The position numbers and the translations under genes were made by a program. Positions 30,040 through 43,848 of a stretch of 64,000 nucleotides of DNA are shown piece by piece. The DNA is taken from contig OX597826.1 of NCBI GenBank assembly GCA_951406725.2, positions 5,518,001 to 5,582,000 on the forward strand. Reading direction: 5' to 3'. This stretch comes from Octopus vulgaris (Eukaryota). The notes beneath the pieces were generated by a model, which ran no database searches, was not told where the DNA came from, and was given only the letters and a program-made list of their open reading frames with translations. How positions within the stretch are numbered: position 1 is the first letter of the stretch; each line of letters starts with the position of its first letter.

Positions 30040-30890
30040 TAATACAGTTCTATATTTAAGAGATTAGGAATTATGTACGTTATTTACATTTGACGATATT
30101 TGTCCTCATCTTGTTTGTTGTTAACACAACGTTTCGGCTGATATACCCTCTGGAAATTGGGAAATTTCGAACCTGGGTTATCATTACTAAGATATTTTCG
30201 ATATTATTATTATTATCATTATTATTATTATCATTATTATTCAGGTCACTGCTTGGAATCGAACTCGAATCTTGGGGTTAAAAGCCCGCGCTTTTAAGCT
30301 CTAAGCCATATGCCCGTGGTCAATTATGGAAAGAATTTTAGGTCTTATAAATCTAATATTTTCCTATCCTACCTTAATACCGGTTCCCATATGCTATTCA
30401 TATCTGCATTCTGTCTTCTTAGAAGGTCGCCGTGTCCTAGCATATGTGCTGCTTCTTTTAGTTTTTGTATTTTCCAGTGGTGTTCTCTGTCTATTATTTT
30501 AACTTCATCCCACAGGGGGAGGTGATCTCCATTTTTCCATACATGATCAGCTATACCCGATTTATCAATATCTCCTCGTGTCACAGCTTTGCGATGTTCG
30601 TCTACCCTTATTTTGATGTGAGAATATGGACAGTTGTATTACTGAGGTAGTCCACAATAGGTCCGTCTTATGTGCGATATAAAACGGAAACACATATTGA
30701 CGATTAATACTGATCTCCAAAAATAGTTTTATTCAACACATGAAACAACTAAAGAAAAGAGAATGAGAACCCAGGTTCGAAATTTCCCCAAGACACCTGA
30801 TGAATGCTGGAGGGTATATCAGCCGAAACTTTGTGTTAGCAACAAAAAAGATGAGGAAAAATATCCGTGAAATATAAATAATGGAAATAA
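30040..30890 (-). mobile_element. Rearranged Penelope-like element: GIY-YIG C-terminal fragment between inverted terminal-repeat pieces
   Basis: Minus ORF RVDEHRKAVTRGDIDKSGIADHVW...KLKEAAHM (30369-30608); terminal pieces at 30045-30180 (-) and 30765-30890 (+); extra fragments at 29857-29925 and 31073-31172. Confidence 0.85.
30792..30837 (+). ncRNA. Minimal type I hammerhead ribozyme motif in a Penelope terminal repeat
   Basis: GACAC-CTGATGA-AT-GCTG...CAGC-C-GAAAC-TTT-GTGTT; stem I GACAC/GTGTT; the sister copy has GAAAC-GTT. Confidence 0.7.
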
Positions 30891-31859
30891 AACATTAATA
30901 TTAATACATATCAGAATTATGTGGATATTCAACGATCGTTCGTATCGTGACAGTCAAGGAAATCCAACAATTTCCTGTTTGGATACCATTACTTCAAATG
31001 ATTCATGACAAACGAAGCTAGAAAGATCACACGGGATACGTTTCTTTTCTTAATCTGTTGAATAAAACTAATTTGGAGATCATTATTAATTGTCAATGTG
31101 TGTGTTTCCGTTTTGTATCTCACGTAGGACCTATTGCAGATTACCCCAGACATGCAATTGTTTAGATTCTCACCTCAAAGTTCATGACATGTTCTTAACC
31201 CGATATGCAGAGCTAAAGTAAAAAATGTATTTGTGAAAAAACTCCACAATGACAACGTTTTGAAACTACACTATAAGAATCCGACTAGAAACTGAAACAC
31301 ACCATGTACACTAATTCTATCCTAAAATCATTCCTGTTGTGTATTTATATTCTTGAAAAAAATATCAGAAGAAAACTATGAGCCATATATTGTATTAAAC
31401 CACTATAGAACACATTTCACGATCTTTCTTATATATTTGGTTGTTGTATACGTTTGTGAAGTATAATTTGTTGGTAATTAGTTTTTCATGTATGATTGAA
31501 TTCTTCACGGCACACAGCATGGTTTTAACTAAATAACATACTGATTAATTTAGTTGTTTCTATCGTCTCAGTTGCATTTCTAAAACAATGTAACACGAAG
31601 TCGGATACAAAACATTTGATCATAATTCCACAATATTTGCACGTATAAGTGTCCTATAAACTGCAATTCATCTTTTACTATTTACCCCTTTATGTGTATT
31701 CCGAGATAATTGCTTCACGAATGCCTTCATATTTAGTTGATAATCCAATCATAACTGCGCACTTATATTCCGGTTATGTTTGAGAATTTGTTTAAACTCA
31801 TCTTCTACGTGTCAAAAATCATAACACGTAGCTTGACATTTTCAGATGATAAATCATGT

Positions 31860-32071
31860 GCCAAGCGTGGTTGTGTGATAAGAAGCTTGCTTCCTAACCA
31901 CGGTTCCGAGTTCAATCACACTGCGTGACACCTTGAGCAAGCGTCTTCTACTATAGCTTCGGGCCGACCAAAGCCTTATGAGTGGATTTGGTAGACGGAA
32001 ACTGAAAGAAGCCCGTCGTATATATAAATATATATATACATACATATACACACACATACATACACACACAC

Positions 32072-32104
<33 letters not shown>

Positions 32105-32210
32105 TGTATGTGTACGTGTGTGTACGTGTGTGTGTGTGTGTGTGTCTGTGTGTGTCTGTGTTTGTCCCCCACCATCGTATGACAACCGATGTTGACGTGT
32201 TACGTCTCCG
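31860..32210 (+). mobile_element. SINE family C, 3' truncated
   Basis: GGCCGACCAAAGCCTT...GGATTTGGTAGACGGAAACTGAAAGAAGCCCGTCG plus internal microsatellite. Confidence 0.88.
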
Positions 32211-33823
32211 AAACAGCATTCTTGAAAATGATTTCATTAAAAATAGCTGTAAATTTTCAAGTTCTCTTCAACCTGTAGTTATATTGCTTGAGACAAATCG
32301 CTAGTGAAATTTGTTCCAATTAATGAAGAAGCCCCTTCATTGTGGTTTAATATGTTAGGAAACAATAGATAATGAATAAGGTGTAGACTGTTTCTAGGAA
32401 GCATTGATATGACTAAGCATTCTGTAAGTTTTATATGCTCAATCAAAAATCACTTGTAGCTAAACAACATCCACAAATAACATGTTTTATTTTTGTGAAG
32501 GAGAAACGCATGCTACTCTAGTACAGATTCTTATTTATTGACCCATATGGCTAGTGCAATTATCCATACTTACTTTGCTTCCTGCATGAAGATCTTATTG
32601 GGAATTAGTATGTTCTCCGCAAGAAATTAGTTTAGCTCGCATATGTGGCCGGTTCGTTTTCTGATTAAAATTAATATACAGCTAGACCATATTTGCTTGC
32701 ATTTTTGTGTTGAATTATATAAGAAATATTAGCAATGTGAGAAAGTATTAATACATACCATAAACTGTTTTATATTTTATATGTGGGAACAGAATTTCTG
32801 ATGATTTTTGTCTGTGTATGAAAGTCATTATTATTGTAAGTGAAATATTATCATACACAAAGCGAATCCCACTTGAATATTATACTCATAGGATTAGCAC
32901 CTTCTGTATCAATCTGTAATAAAATACATATGCGAGAGTGAGTATATATGCACGTTTGTGTATTAATGTTTATCTTCCTGTCAGTGTATTCGTTGAAAGA
33001 ATTACAAATATATTCATCTTGGAAAGCTCCGATATTCATATACACACAAGGAACATGCGCAGATATATGGTACATAACTGGGTGTGCACAATAAGCGGGC
33101 TTGCGTGTGTACTTGTATTCTGGCAGCCATTTTGTTTACAAATCTCTAGCTTTCTTATTATACATTATCTCGTTTTATACGTTTTGTCATGCTTGAAAAG
33201 AGACTCAAAGAATATTGTATACATATGAATTTAATTTTTGCTGTTATTTGCGCTTCTCTTTGATTTTTTTTTCTTCTTTTTTTTTTTCTTTTTGGCTTTC
33301 GTATTGTCTTACCAAATCAATGAACATTAACAAAATGTAAGAAATATAAAACCAAGAAAAAATGCATTGAAATAATATACGAACAAAATTATCAAAAATA
33401 AATCCTATAAACTATAAGAAAAGCTGTTGTCAGATAGAAAGGTATTTGGTTTTGTTTAGTTTATCTCTTGCACTACACTTAATATTTAATAATTTATTCA
33501 TTCTGATGCCTGGTTATGAATACATATGATTAGAGATGATGCTTTTTATTGTTGATATTTTCGTTTAAAATTGGCGCAGCAAATTTCTCTTTAATGTCCG
33601 TGTTTTTGTTTCTTTTGATTCTGTTAACAGTTTATCTTACATTGCGCTTTGTGAACAGACATGAAAGAATATCGCTTCTAGTGACTGATCGGAGACTATT
33701 AAAATATATACGCAAACACCAATACCCCCCCCCCATACGTAAAAGTTTGAGCATGTAAATATATAAAACATGTATAGTATATATATATATATATATATAT
33801 GCATTTCCAAGTATACATATATG

Positions 33824-33864
<41 letters not shown>

Positions 33865-34611
33865 TGCCTATTTACTTGTCGCTTTTGTCTTTATACACAC
33901 GCTCATAGATAAATGTATGTATATTAATATATCTTAGTTGCGTGCATATACATATAAATTTAAATGCATGTGTATAAACATATTTATATGCATATATATA
34001 CATATATATACATACATATATATACATGCATAATGTAACTAATAATAAAAATAATAATGAATAATTTTATACGTATTATGACTATGTAGGCATCTGTGTG
34101 TATAATAGTTATACATATATAGATATGTATGTATGTAAATCAGAAAGCAAAGAAAACATTATAGAAAATGTGAAGGAATTGGGAAGTTTTAGTTTGAATC
34201 TCTGTTTATGTATATTGTTTATTATTTTTCTACATTTCCTATATTAAATCTTTCCGAATCGAAAGAAAAATAAAAGAAGCTTTCAACATATATCCTTTGG
34301 ATTTCTGATCCATTTCACGGATTACATATAAATTCTGTCGAGTTTTGTCTCATAAATCGTTTTTTCTCTCACTTTTGTTTTCATATAAATGGCAAAAAGC
34401 AGAAATTAAAAAGACCATTAACAGATTATGTTAGTTCATCAAATTTATATTTTATATTCTTATCTCCTTTTTGTTCAACTAAACAAAAACACACGCACAA
34501 ATACGCATATGTATACATACATACATACACAGACTCTGGATATATATATATACACACAAACACATGATATTCTTACCATACGATATATATATAAATACAT
34601 TCTTACCACAT

Positions 34612-34629
34612 CATATATATATATATGTA

Positions 34630-34724
<95 letters not shown>

Positions 34725-34729
34725 TTATA

Positions 34730-34765
<36 letters not shown>
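34612..34765. repeat. (TA)n microsatellite
   Basis: Direct inspection; one of many TA tracts in the window. Confidence 0.95.
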
Positions 34766-34766
<1 letters not shown>

Positions 34767-35693
34767 TTATGTTTATATATATAAATTCATACATATATAC
34801 ATACATATATAATGTGGTAAGAATATGTATGAGATATAAAGAAAATAAGATGTTTTGTTTTATTTGTAATATTACATTTGTTTAATATTTCAAAAAGCAA
34901 ATACTTGAAATGTTCTGCGCTCTATCAAACGTGGGAGGTAATCATAAATAGATTGTGATGAAAGAAGTTAAAAGGAGGAAAAAAAGACGCTAAAACGTGC
35001 ATGAAACTTATCGCAATATTCTTTCTAAGAATAAGACGAAATAATTGGAAATGTAGAATCCGTGAAAGGTTGAAACAAAATAATCCACAAGTTGTTGTCT
35101 TTTCTGTGTAACAAGTTCAAAGATTCAAAAATCTCTCTCTCTATATATATTTATATAACTTCAATAAATTTTTGCACTATTTTATTTACACAAGTTTTCT
35201 ACTCGCGTTTGTTCCTCGAATATATGGGTTTCCATTACATCTAATTTCCCCGCTATTATTTTATCCATCGAAAAATATGAAGAAAACATTGTTGCATATT
35301 TCTTTGGATTTGAATTATTTGATGTAAATTATGGTTGTATGATTCACATTTATTTAATTGGTCTTCTCATGAATTTTCTTGATGTGTATATAATTCTCTG
35401 AACAAAAGCTAGCTTTTTGTTTTACATTTCTTCTGAAAGACATGGCTAAGCGTAACATCTTATAATTACTTTTAACAAAGAGACATGAGCCAAAAATCAA
35501 TTATTATTAAAAATCTATTATTATTATTAAAAATATATTATTATTATTATTAAAACAGTGCTGTACATGGTTAGTACTTAATTCATGGAGTGCAAATACA
35601 TGAATTGCTAGGTGAAAATGTCGGGAACCTAATTCGATCTACGCAAAGAGTGCTGTGAAACACTGCATAAAAACTGTTTCCGATGCTGTAAAG

Positions 35694-35830
35694 CAGTGGT
35701 TCCCAATAATGGTGCGCAGCACTTTTATTTAAATGAATTTTTCCACGGACCCCTTGCAAATTGTGGGGAAATATAAGATGATAGTATTGAATAATATTAT
35801 ATTTCTTTAAAATATCATCGACCCTGGAAG
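35694..35830. mobile_element. Possible hAT-type terminal fragment
   Basis: CAGTGGTTCCCAA start and CCACGGACCCC subterminal motif; no clear partner end. Confidence 0.35.
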
Positions 35831-35896
35831 GATAAACATTGTGATTGGTTTCATCTCACCCAGTTTGAACTCAGTATATTTGCTGGAACAAATAAT

Positions 35897-36087
35897 GACC
35901 CAATTTCGGGGGGAGGGGCGAAATGGTGTAACCGACTCTGGTGTGCAACTGATACTGATTTTATGGACCCCCAAACAATGAAAGACAAACTTGACCTTAA
36001 AAAACTTGAATGCAGAACGGAAAGACGGACGACATGCCCCTAAGAATTTTACTATGGCATACGTACGATTTTGTTAGCTCGCAGCCC
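35897..36087 (-). mobile_element. SINE family A, strongly diverged
   Basis: Reverse complement resembles the GGCTGCGAGCTAACAAAATCG head and central domain. Confidence 0.6.
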
Positions 36088-37449
36088 TTTCCTTCTAAGT
36101 ACTGCTATTTTGAATAATATATACAATAAATCTTTTGTATTATATTTTAAGTTATACATAATACAGAGTGGTATTTACAACATATATTATGCGTATTATT
36201 TCCGTGTATAGAATACCGCACCACACCCAGTTCTTTACTATATTTCAATGTATATCATGTAAAAATAATGTTGTCAAATGTCAAAGTTTCTGTGTAATAT
36301 TTTGTAATATATTGCATTGTACATAATGTGATAAGTTAATGTGTTATATAGTAATATATATAATTATGTCATGTTATTTAGCAACAAAAATAATAATTAA
36401 CGAAATATTTTATGCGAAATTCAGCTAGATATGTTCTATGGTATGTGTTTCATCATCAGAAAAGATACAAGAAATAGAAAAGTACTTTGCACTCACTTGC
36501 TTCACTCGTTTGCTACGTTTCGCAATACGCCAGTGGATCCCATATTGATATATTTTGAAGTTGAAAAATTTCGGTTCATTGCGGCTAACCATGCAATTAG
36601 AAGAAAAGTATCTATTTTCAATACGGAAAATCTCTTATATTTCAGACTGAAAACAAATAAAACGAAATACACTTTAACTAAGCATGTCCACGATATAATA
36701 GAAAATGCCTAGATGTATACTTATTAAGTTAAAATCTCATGGAATATAAAAGTATATTTAAAATTTAATATATCTTCAAAATAAAACTTATTTAAATAAC
36801 TTAAATCACAGCAAGCTGCATATATATTGTTCCGTGTATGAGAAACATGCAACTAAGTAACGTTTCGAGAGTAAAATATTATATTTTTAGAACTTGCAAC
36901 AAAGATAGACAAGAATATGTTAAAATAAATTCAATACGGAAAGTAGAAATAATCTGTTAAATCAAAATATCGTATTTAGATTTCGGTTAAAAGAAATCAT
37001 CTACAATATGGATATACTTCCAATTTTACAATAGAATATCATATTACAATAGCTATTGTTTTGTTATTCTCCTCCACAATTTCTTTTGCACTTCCTTTCT
37101 CGCTGTCGTCGTCGAGGTCTGGCGCTGAATTTGCACAATGTAAGAAAACAAAAATCAAATTTTCATTTTTCATTTAATATTTCAATTCCTATATGTATAC
37201 GTACGTACATGGATGACAAGATATATGTATGTATATATGTATGTATATATATACATACACACACACACACGCACACATATATATATATACACGCATACAC
37301 ACACATGTAACTGTAACATTTTGGGAAATATCTACTCAGTGAATAAAACACAAATGAAAGAAAACAATAAAACACATAAATAATAGTAAAAGAGAATGTA
37401 TGCTTGTGAGAAGTAAAGTGTACGACCGTTTATATTTGTCTCGGTTTAC

Positions 37450-37509
<60 letters not shown>

Positions 37510-37688
37510 TACACATACGTCAGTGTAGACCGTGAGATGGAGCTGTGTATTTATGTCTCCGTCCAGTATCTGTCTGCCTCTCTCTCCCTCAGTCACTCTG
37601 TCTCTCTATCTCTTTCTATACATATATGTGTGTGTATGCATGTATACGTGTGTCTTCGTATAAATACATATAAATACATATATATATG

Positions 37689-37744
<56 letters not shown>

Positions 37745-37748
<4 letters not shown>

Positions 37749-37980
37749 GAGGCGCAATGGCCTAGTGGTTAGGCAGCGGACTCGCGGTCGCAGGATCGCG
37801 GTTTCGATTCTCAGACCGGGCGTTGTGTGTGTTTATTGAGCGAAAACACCTAAAAGCTCTACGAGGCTCCGGCAGGGGGTGGTGATCCCTGCTGTACTCT
37901 TTCACCACAATGGCGGTGCCCCAGCATGGCCACAGCTCAAGAGCTGAAACTGGAAAAACAAAAACAAAAAACAAAAAACA
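37745..37980 (+). mobile_element. Chimeric SINE: family B head joined to a family C-like tail
   Basis: GAGGCGCAATGGCCTAGTGG...TTCACCACAA followed directly by TGGCGGTGCCCCAGCATGGCCACAG...CTGAAAC and an A-rich tail. Confidence 0.8.
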
Positions 37981-38766
37981 ATATATGTCTGTGTGTGTGT
38001 GTGTATGTGTGTGTGTGTATAGATATAAGCATGCATAGATTGATAAATATATAGCTAGAGATATATAGTAATATGTAGTAATATATAAGTAATGCTAAAT
38101 GCATGATGTATGTAATATGTGAACTTTTACCTCTTGCATACATACATGTCTTTCCCTTTCTCCCTGTCTCTCTCACTCCTTTCGCTCTCTCTCTCTCTAT
38201 CTCTCTCCATCCTCCATCTTACCTCTTCTTCTGTCTCTCTCTTTGTCACCCTTTCTCTCTATCATTTACTCTGTCGCTCACTCTTTCTGTCACTCTTTCT
38301 CTCTCTCCCTCTCTGTCACTCTTTCTCTCTCTCTCTCTCTGTCACTCTGTCTCTCCCTCTCCTCTCTCTCTATATATGTGTGTATGTATCTACGTACGTA
38401 TACGTGTGTGTGTATATATACATAAGTATAAAACAGTACATGTATATATATATATGCACATACGTGCATACATATATACATACACACGCCTGTTTAGGCA
38501 TCCTTGTTTATATGTAACCCTGAGTGTAGACCGAGGGATAGAGCTTTGTAATTACGCGTTTCTATATTAATCTCGGGCGAAATCTATGCAAGAAGGAAAA
38601 ATTCTCTGTACATGACCACTCAAACAGAGCAAAAAAAACAAACAAACATAAATATAAATACGTATATTCTATCATCGCATTTTTGGAAAAAGTGATTAAA
38701 CGGAATTTTGATTTCGTGCGAAAATTAAAGGGAGATAATTGGATAGAAGATATGGTAATGCTAAAA

Positions 38767-39452
38767 ATCATTATCAGCAACGACTTTGAGGACAGCGAGC
38801 TGGTAGAATCATTAGCACGCTGAGCTTAGCGGCATTTGGTATACCGCTATGTTCTGAGATCAAACCACGCTATGGTCGACTTTGCCTCTCATTCTTTCGG
38901 AGTCAGTTAAATAAGTATTAGTTACGCACCGGGGTAGATGTAATCGACCTAATCCCCTCCTGCAAGCTAACCTTGTGGCAAAAAATTCAGATCATTATTA
39001 ACAACAACTTTCATGCGGCGAGCTGGCGGAAACTTTAGCACGCCCGCTTAGCGGCATTTCTTATGCCGCTACCTTCTGAGTTCAAATTTTGCTAGGGTCG
39101 ACTTTGCCTCTCATTCTTTCGGAGTCAAATAAATAGGTACCAGTTACGCACTGGGGTATATGTAATCGACCTAATCCCCTCCTACAAGCTACCCTTGTGG
39201 CAAAATTTTGAAATCATTATTAACAACGATTTTAATGCGGTCAGCTGGTAGAATCGTTCGCACCTTCGGCAAAATTCTTAGCGGCATTTCATCCGTCTTT
39301 ACGTTCTAAGTTCAAATTCCGCCGTGGTCAACTTTGTGTTTCATCCTTTTAGGGTCGATACATTATGTACCAGTCGACTACTGGGGTCGATCTATTCGGC
39401 TAGTCCCCCACTCAAAATTTCAAGCCTTGTGCCTATAATAGAAGGGATTATT
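38767..39452 (+). mobile_element. Head-to-tail triplet of family A SINEs (period ~222-224 bp)
   Basis: Unit starts ATCATTAT-x-A-x-CAAC at 38767, 38991 and 39213, each followed by a SINE A head and body. Confidence 0.9.
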
Positions 39453-41708
39453 AAGTACTTTGATTGAAATTTCACTTCGCTTGTTTTTCAGTAAATTCTG
39501 TGTGTGAGTCAAAGCTTGAATCAGTGTAATGTATCGGTATCTGTGCATATAAATGCATCGGCTTCATGTTGAGAAACTGTGTCTCTGACTCAGTTCCTGT
39601 CGGTATATTTGGAGCTATATGGTAGTCGTTGATTAATAAGTTACAATAAACTGAAATGTCACGTGTAGTCTGATAAAAGAAAATGGGAGCGAATTCGAAC
39701 TTCAATTTACATAACGTAAAACTAAACTTCTTATAACTTAATTCTATGTGTGATTATGTGAATATATTATCAACTGTTTTTGTATATGATTTTACCTTTA
39801 CAGCGGTTTTGTTCATTTATGATGTTGCGTAACTCCGATTTAACACAGATGAACAAGATATTTAACAATATGCACTTCAAACGTCGTCTTACTGTTTTAT
39901 TATTGTATCTCTGAGTACATAATTTTAATTCAGATTTTTACTATTGTGCAATAGGATTTCTAGAACGTTCGGCTACCATTGATAGTAGATACATGTTCAT
40001 AGAAGCACCTCAGTAATTCTTTCAAGATCTGCACCTGCTTATGCTAAGTCAATGAGTAAAATTTTAAATGAGGAAATGACCAACAATTTGACTGAATAAC
40101 TAAATGGGTGACTCTTAGTTTGTTTGGGTATAGGTATATATCTTTGAGTTTTAGTGGAAGGTTTTTTTTTAATAGCAGTAACAGAGTTTGTGCCTGTTAT
40201 TAAAATAACGCGTCCCATGTTTGAATAAATATCCGTAAATCTCTCAGAGTATGTTTGAGTATGTTTGCCTATCTATGGAAATGCGGTCATGAGTCATGCA
40301 TTGAATGTGTAAGAGAAATATAAAATGGATAACAGAATATGAGATAAACATTGATAACCAAATTACATAATCGAATGAGGCATTACAACATACTGAGTGA
40401 CTTTTATCTAGTGCATGGTTATGTACTATATCGCATAGGCTTGTGAATTGCGTGAAGTAGTAACGTGAGTGAAATGGTATGAAAACAATTGATTAATGAA
40501 TGAATGAAGGAGGCTAGGAATTGAACGAGAAACTGAATAATTAAAATAGCGTGATGTACCAAATCGATATTCTAAGATGATTTATTGGCTGAAAGAACAG
40601 ACTCAGTAATTGAATAACTTGAAGGAGCAGAGAATGATCAAATTAAATGGCTGAGTATGTTGAGTGAATGAAAGAAACGATAGAGAAATGAAGTATTAGA
40701 TTTCCTGGAAGAATGAAAAATGAATGGAAAACTTGATGAGGTACTAAGTAATTAAATGAGATTCTAAATGAGCGAGTGACAAATTGAGTTTATTAGTGAA
40801 CGAATTAGTAAATTACAGAATATGAAACATACATGCAATAAAGGGCCTTGTAATAAATTAGTGAATGGTTGGATATGAATGCGTGGTGAGAGTAAAAAAA
40901 AAAAACGATATTGTAACAAATGTTAATTTCAAATAGAAAAATAATAATGAATTATTGATAAACGAAATGTTGATCGGACAATTCACATTTGAATGAAAAT
41001 AATACAAACAAGAAGAAAAGTTACTTTGGTATCAATGATTGATTGGCGTAATTTCAATTTCATAGAATTATATAAAATTCGATTATTAAAAATTATTTGA
41101 TTTCATTAATGATCTGCCTGTCGCAGTTCGAGATCATTGTAATATTGTTTTCGTTTTGATATGGATTTCGATAAACTTGTTGTTATTGTTATTGTTTATC
41201 GTGCGAAGAAAACCTCTTATCATTGAAAGGGTTACAACACTTATAATCCTTTAATGTGATTTTGGCTTTAATATAATAATTATTAAGATTCGATATAATG
41301 CCACTGATTTGAAACTGCGGGTTTTAGAAATAGTATTGTGTTCGCTCCATTATAATATACTATATTAAATGCAAATGATTCTGTATTAGATGCAAATGAA
41401 TATCTTTGAATGCGTATCAGAGACTATTTAAATAATAAACCACGCATTGAGAAGTTAGAAATCAAAATATTAAATACAAAATTCTACTGGATGACTTTCG
41501 TTTTAACTACAAACAAAAAGAAGGAAAAATCTCCAACAACATCATCATCAACAACAAGAACACATTTAGTCCATTTTAGATTTAAGAGCTAAATGTCAAA
41601 ACCGCCGTTTTGGAGACCGTTTTACGTGGGCTTGTATCGGACTATAATGTAAGAATACAGACATAAATAGTATATGTAACAATATAGTTACACACATAAA
41701 TACATATA

Positions 41709-42280
41709 TCGATATGCAGGGAGTAAATAGACACCTTTAGTTTTTAAAATATTTTATTTGATATTAATTGGTTGAAGGAGAAGTTTTCTTCTAGCTGCTC
41801 GTCCATAATACTTACGCTTATGCATTTATGTAACACATGTTGTTGCGCTGCCTTCTAGCTGTTTTGCAATGTCAGAAGCCTTCGAACGTGGTTCGTTTTC
41901 CAAAATTCTATTCAGAGAGCAAAGCTTCCTTTCCGAGGGCCCAAGTCGACCGGGACGAGAATCTTTTGATTCTCTTCCTTGGCCTTTGAATTGCACTATA
42001 ATTCTATTAACAGTAGCAAGAGGAATTTGAAGATTGTGGGAAATTTTTCGCTGGCTAAGACCAGCTTCAGATTGCCTAACAATACGACCTCTTTGAAAAT
42101 CTGACAGTTCTGCTGAATTTTTTGTGCGTAGCATGGTTACTCTTTATAAATGTTTAATATAATGGCACCTGGAATGAAAATGAATAATCACATTCTAAAC
42201 CCTACACCGCTGAAAACATTAAGATGCTTAGATTAGAAATTTTGAAAATTAAAGGTGTCTATTTACTTTATGCATGACTG
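41709..42280 (-). mobile_element. Internally deleted Tc1-like element
   Basis: TIRs AGTAAATAGACACCTTTA / TAAAGGTGTCTATTTACT, right end terminates in GACTG; ORF 41826-42134 is a Tc1 paired-HTH N-terminus ([11 protein letters not shown]...RPGR). Confidence 0.92.
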
Positions 42281-42320
42281 TGTATATATACATATATAAG
42301 CATATACATATACAAACATG

Positions 42321-42377
<57 letters not shown>

Positions 42378-43529
42378 GTACACACACATGTGTAAAAATT
42401 CATACTTTTGACAAATATTCGTATTCTCGATAAATATTAATCCAGTTTCACTGCTATCTCACGTGGTTAAAATACAAGAATATTTCCTAAAAAGCAACTG
42501 AAAAATGGTACGATTAGTTTCGCCTGGAATGGTGCATCATTTGCTTATTTCTGCAGGACTAGGTTTTATACAGTCATCTCTTGTCAACAATGGAACATAA
42601 TGTGCAAAACATCATAATTCGCTATAATTTCGATTCCAGTTCTAACATTATCACTATTTCCTTTTCCTTGAAAATGTTCTATTGTCTGTTGTTATGTATG
42701 ATAGCCCTGCCTATTACATAATCACACTTATTATGGCATCTCATTCTCTCCTTCTCTCGATCTCGTGGCTTAGTCTACCTTTCTACGACTTTCGCGACGA
42801 TTTCGTACGGAATGAATAATTAGTGATTCATTTTGTATTCAGCAGCACCGAGTCTATGTATTTCTAACACTTTTGCCTTCTACCTCGCCTTGTATACGTA
42901 TTGTCGTACCTGTATTCCCACATTCATATACTTATATCAGTACATATGTATGTGTGTGTGTGTTTGTGGTTGTGTATATATTGTGTGTGCTGTGTGTGTG
43001 AGTGTATTTGTATAGCTATATCACTATATGTGTATGCGTGTCTGTACACATAATACATTCAAATATCTGATTTCATTGTAGAAGTATCTTCACTGCAACT
43101 ATTTGTTCCTCTTTTCAGAGTACTTTCCGATACATGACACAAGTACAAAAGACAGAAATCATTTTTCAGAGATATCCTATATAGCTTACAGCAAAATATT
43201 CGGTAGAAATCCCTGCTGAAGTGGTCCCTTATGACATTCAATATCATAAAAAAAGTCTACGTATATTTTCCATCCGCATTCGATATTCTTTTGAATGAAT
43301 CTTCTTTAAACTGAAGCGAAGGTAAGCACTAGTAAAAGATTTTGCTTTTAGGATTTCTATTTCTATATGGGTTTCTTCAATTTCTTTTTTAATCCTATTG
43401 TTTAATATTTATTTGTGAAGTGTTTGGGATGTGTTGATCATGACTTCATAGCGTATTCGATAAGCTATACACATCTTTTACATCACTAACTTCATCATCA
43501 AGTACAATGGTAGCAGCAGACGAATGGAA

Positions 43530-43660
43530 AATGATAATAATAATAATAATAATAATAAAAATAATAATGATGAAGATAGTAATAATAATAATATTAATAA
43601 TAACAATAATAATGATAATAAATAATAATAATAATAATAATAATAATGATAATAATAGTA

Positions 43661-43731
<71 letters not shown>

Positions 43732-43848
43732 GCAAAAACTACATGTACACAACAGCAGCAGCAGTACCCCCACTACCCTCGCCCAACCCCCACCACCACC
43801 ACCACTAACAACAACAACAGCAACAACAACGACGACAATGATGATGTT
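43530..43848. repeat. (AAT)n followed by (CAG)/(CAC)/(AAC) trinucleotide tracts
   Basis: Direct inspection. Confidence 0.95.

Larger units (their letters stand above)
29000..33760 (+). pseudogene. Candidate decayed Toll-like receptor pseudogene 5
   Basis: IPRYIP (29109), SAF...SLRMFDV (~29577), MFENLFKL (31776), Cys-x-Pro plus hydrophobic segment in ORF 32938-33228, MPG (33506), LLKYIRKHQYPPPIRKSL in ORF 33549-33758. Confidence 0.38.
35050..40050 (+). pseudogene. Candidate decayed Toll-like receptor pseudogene 6
   Basis: KTLLHISLDLNYL (35283), ORF 36431-36712 (SFATFRNTPV, LLYFRLKTN), ISYLDFG (36968), YINLGRNL (38563), TIR-like ALQTSSYCFIIVSLS (39872); TIR spacing shorter than canonical. Confidence 0.3.

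Noticed and set aside
38767-39452. Regularly spaced repeats resembling a CRISPR array (also 60385-60561)
   Set aside because: Whole units are repeated with no unique spacers; eukaryotic context and no cas genes
40300-40870. Purine-rich TGAA-biased tract
   Set aside because: Looks like an old decayed (TGAA)n microsatellite with no further structure
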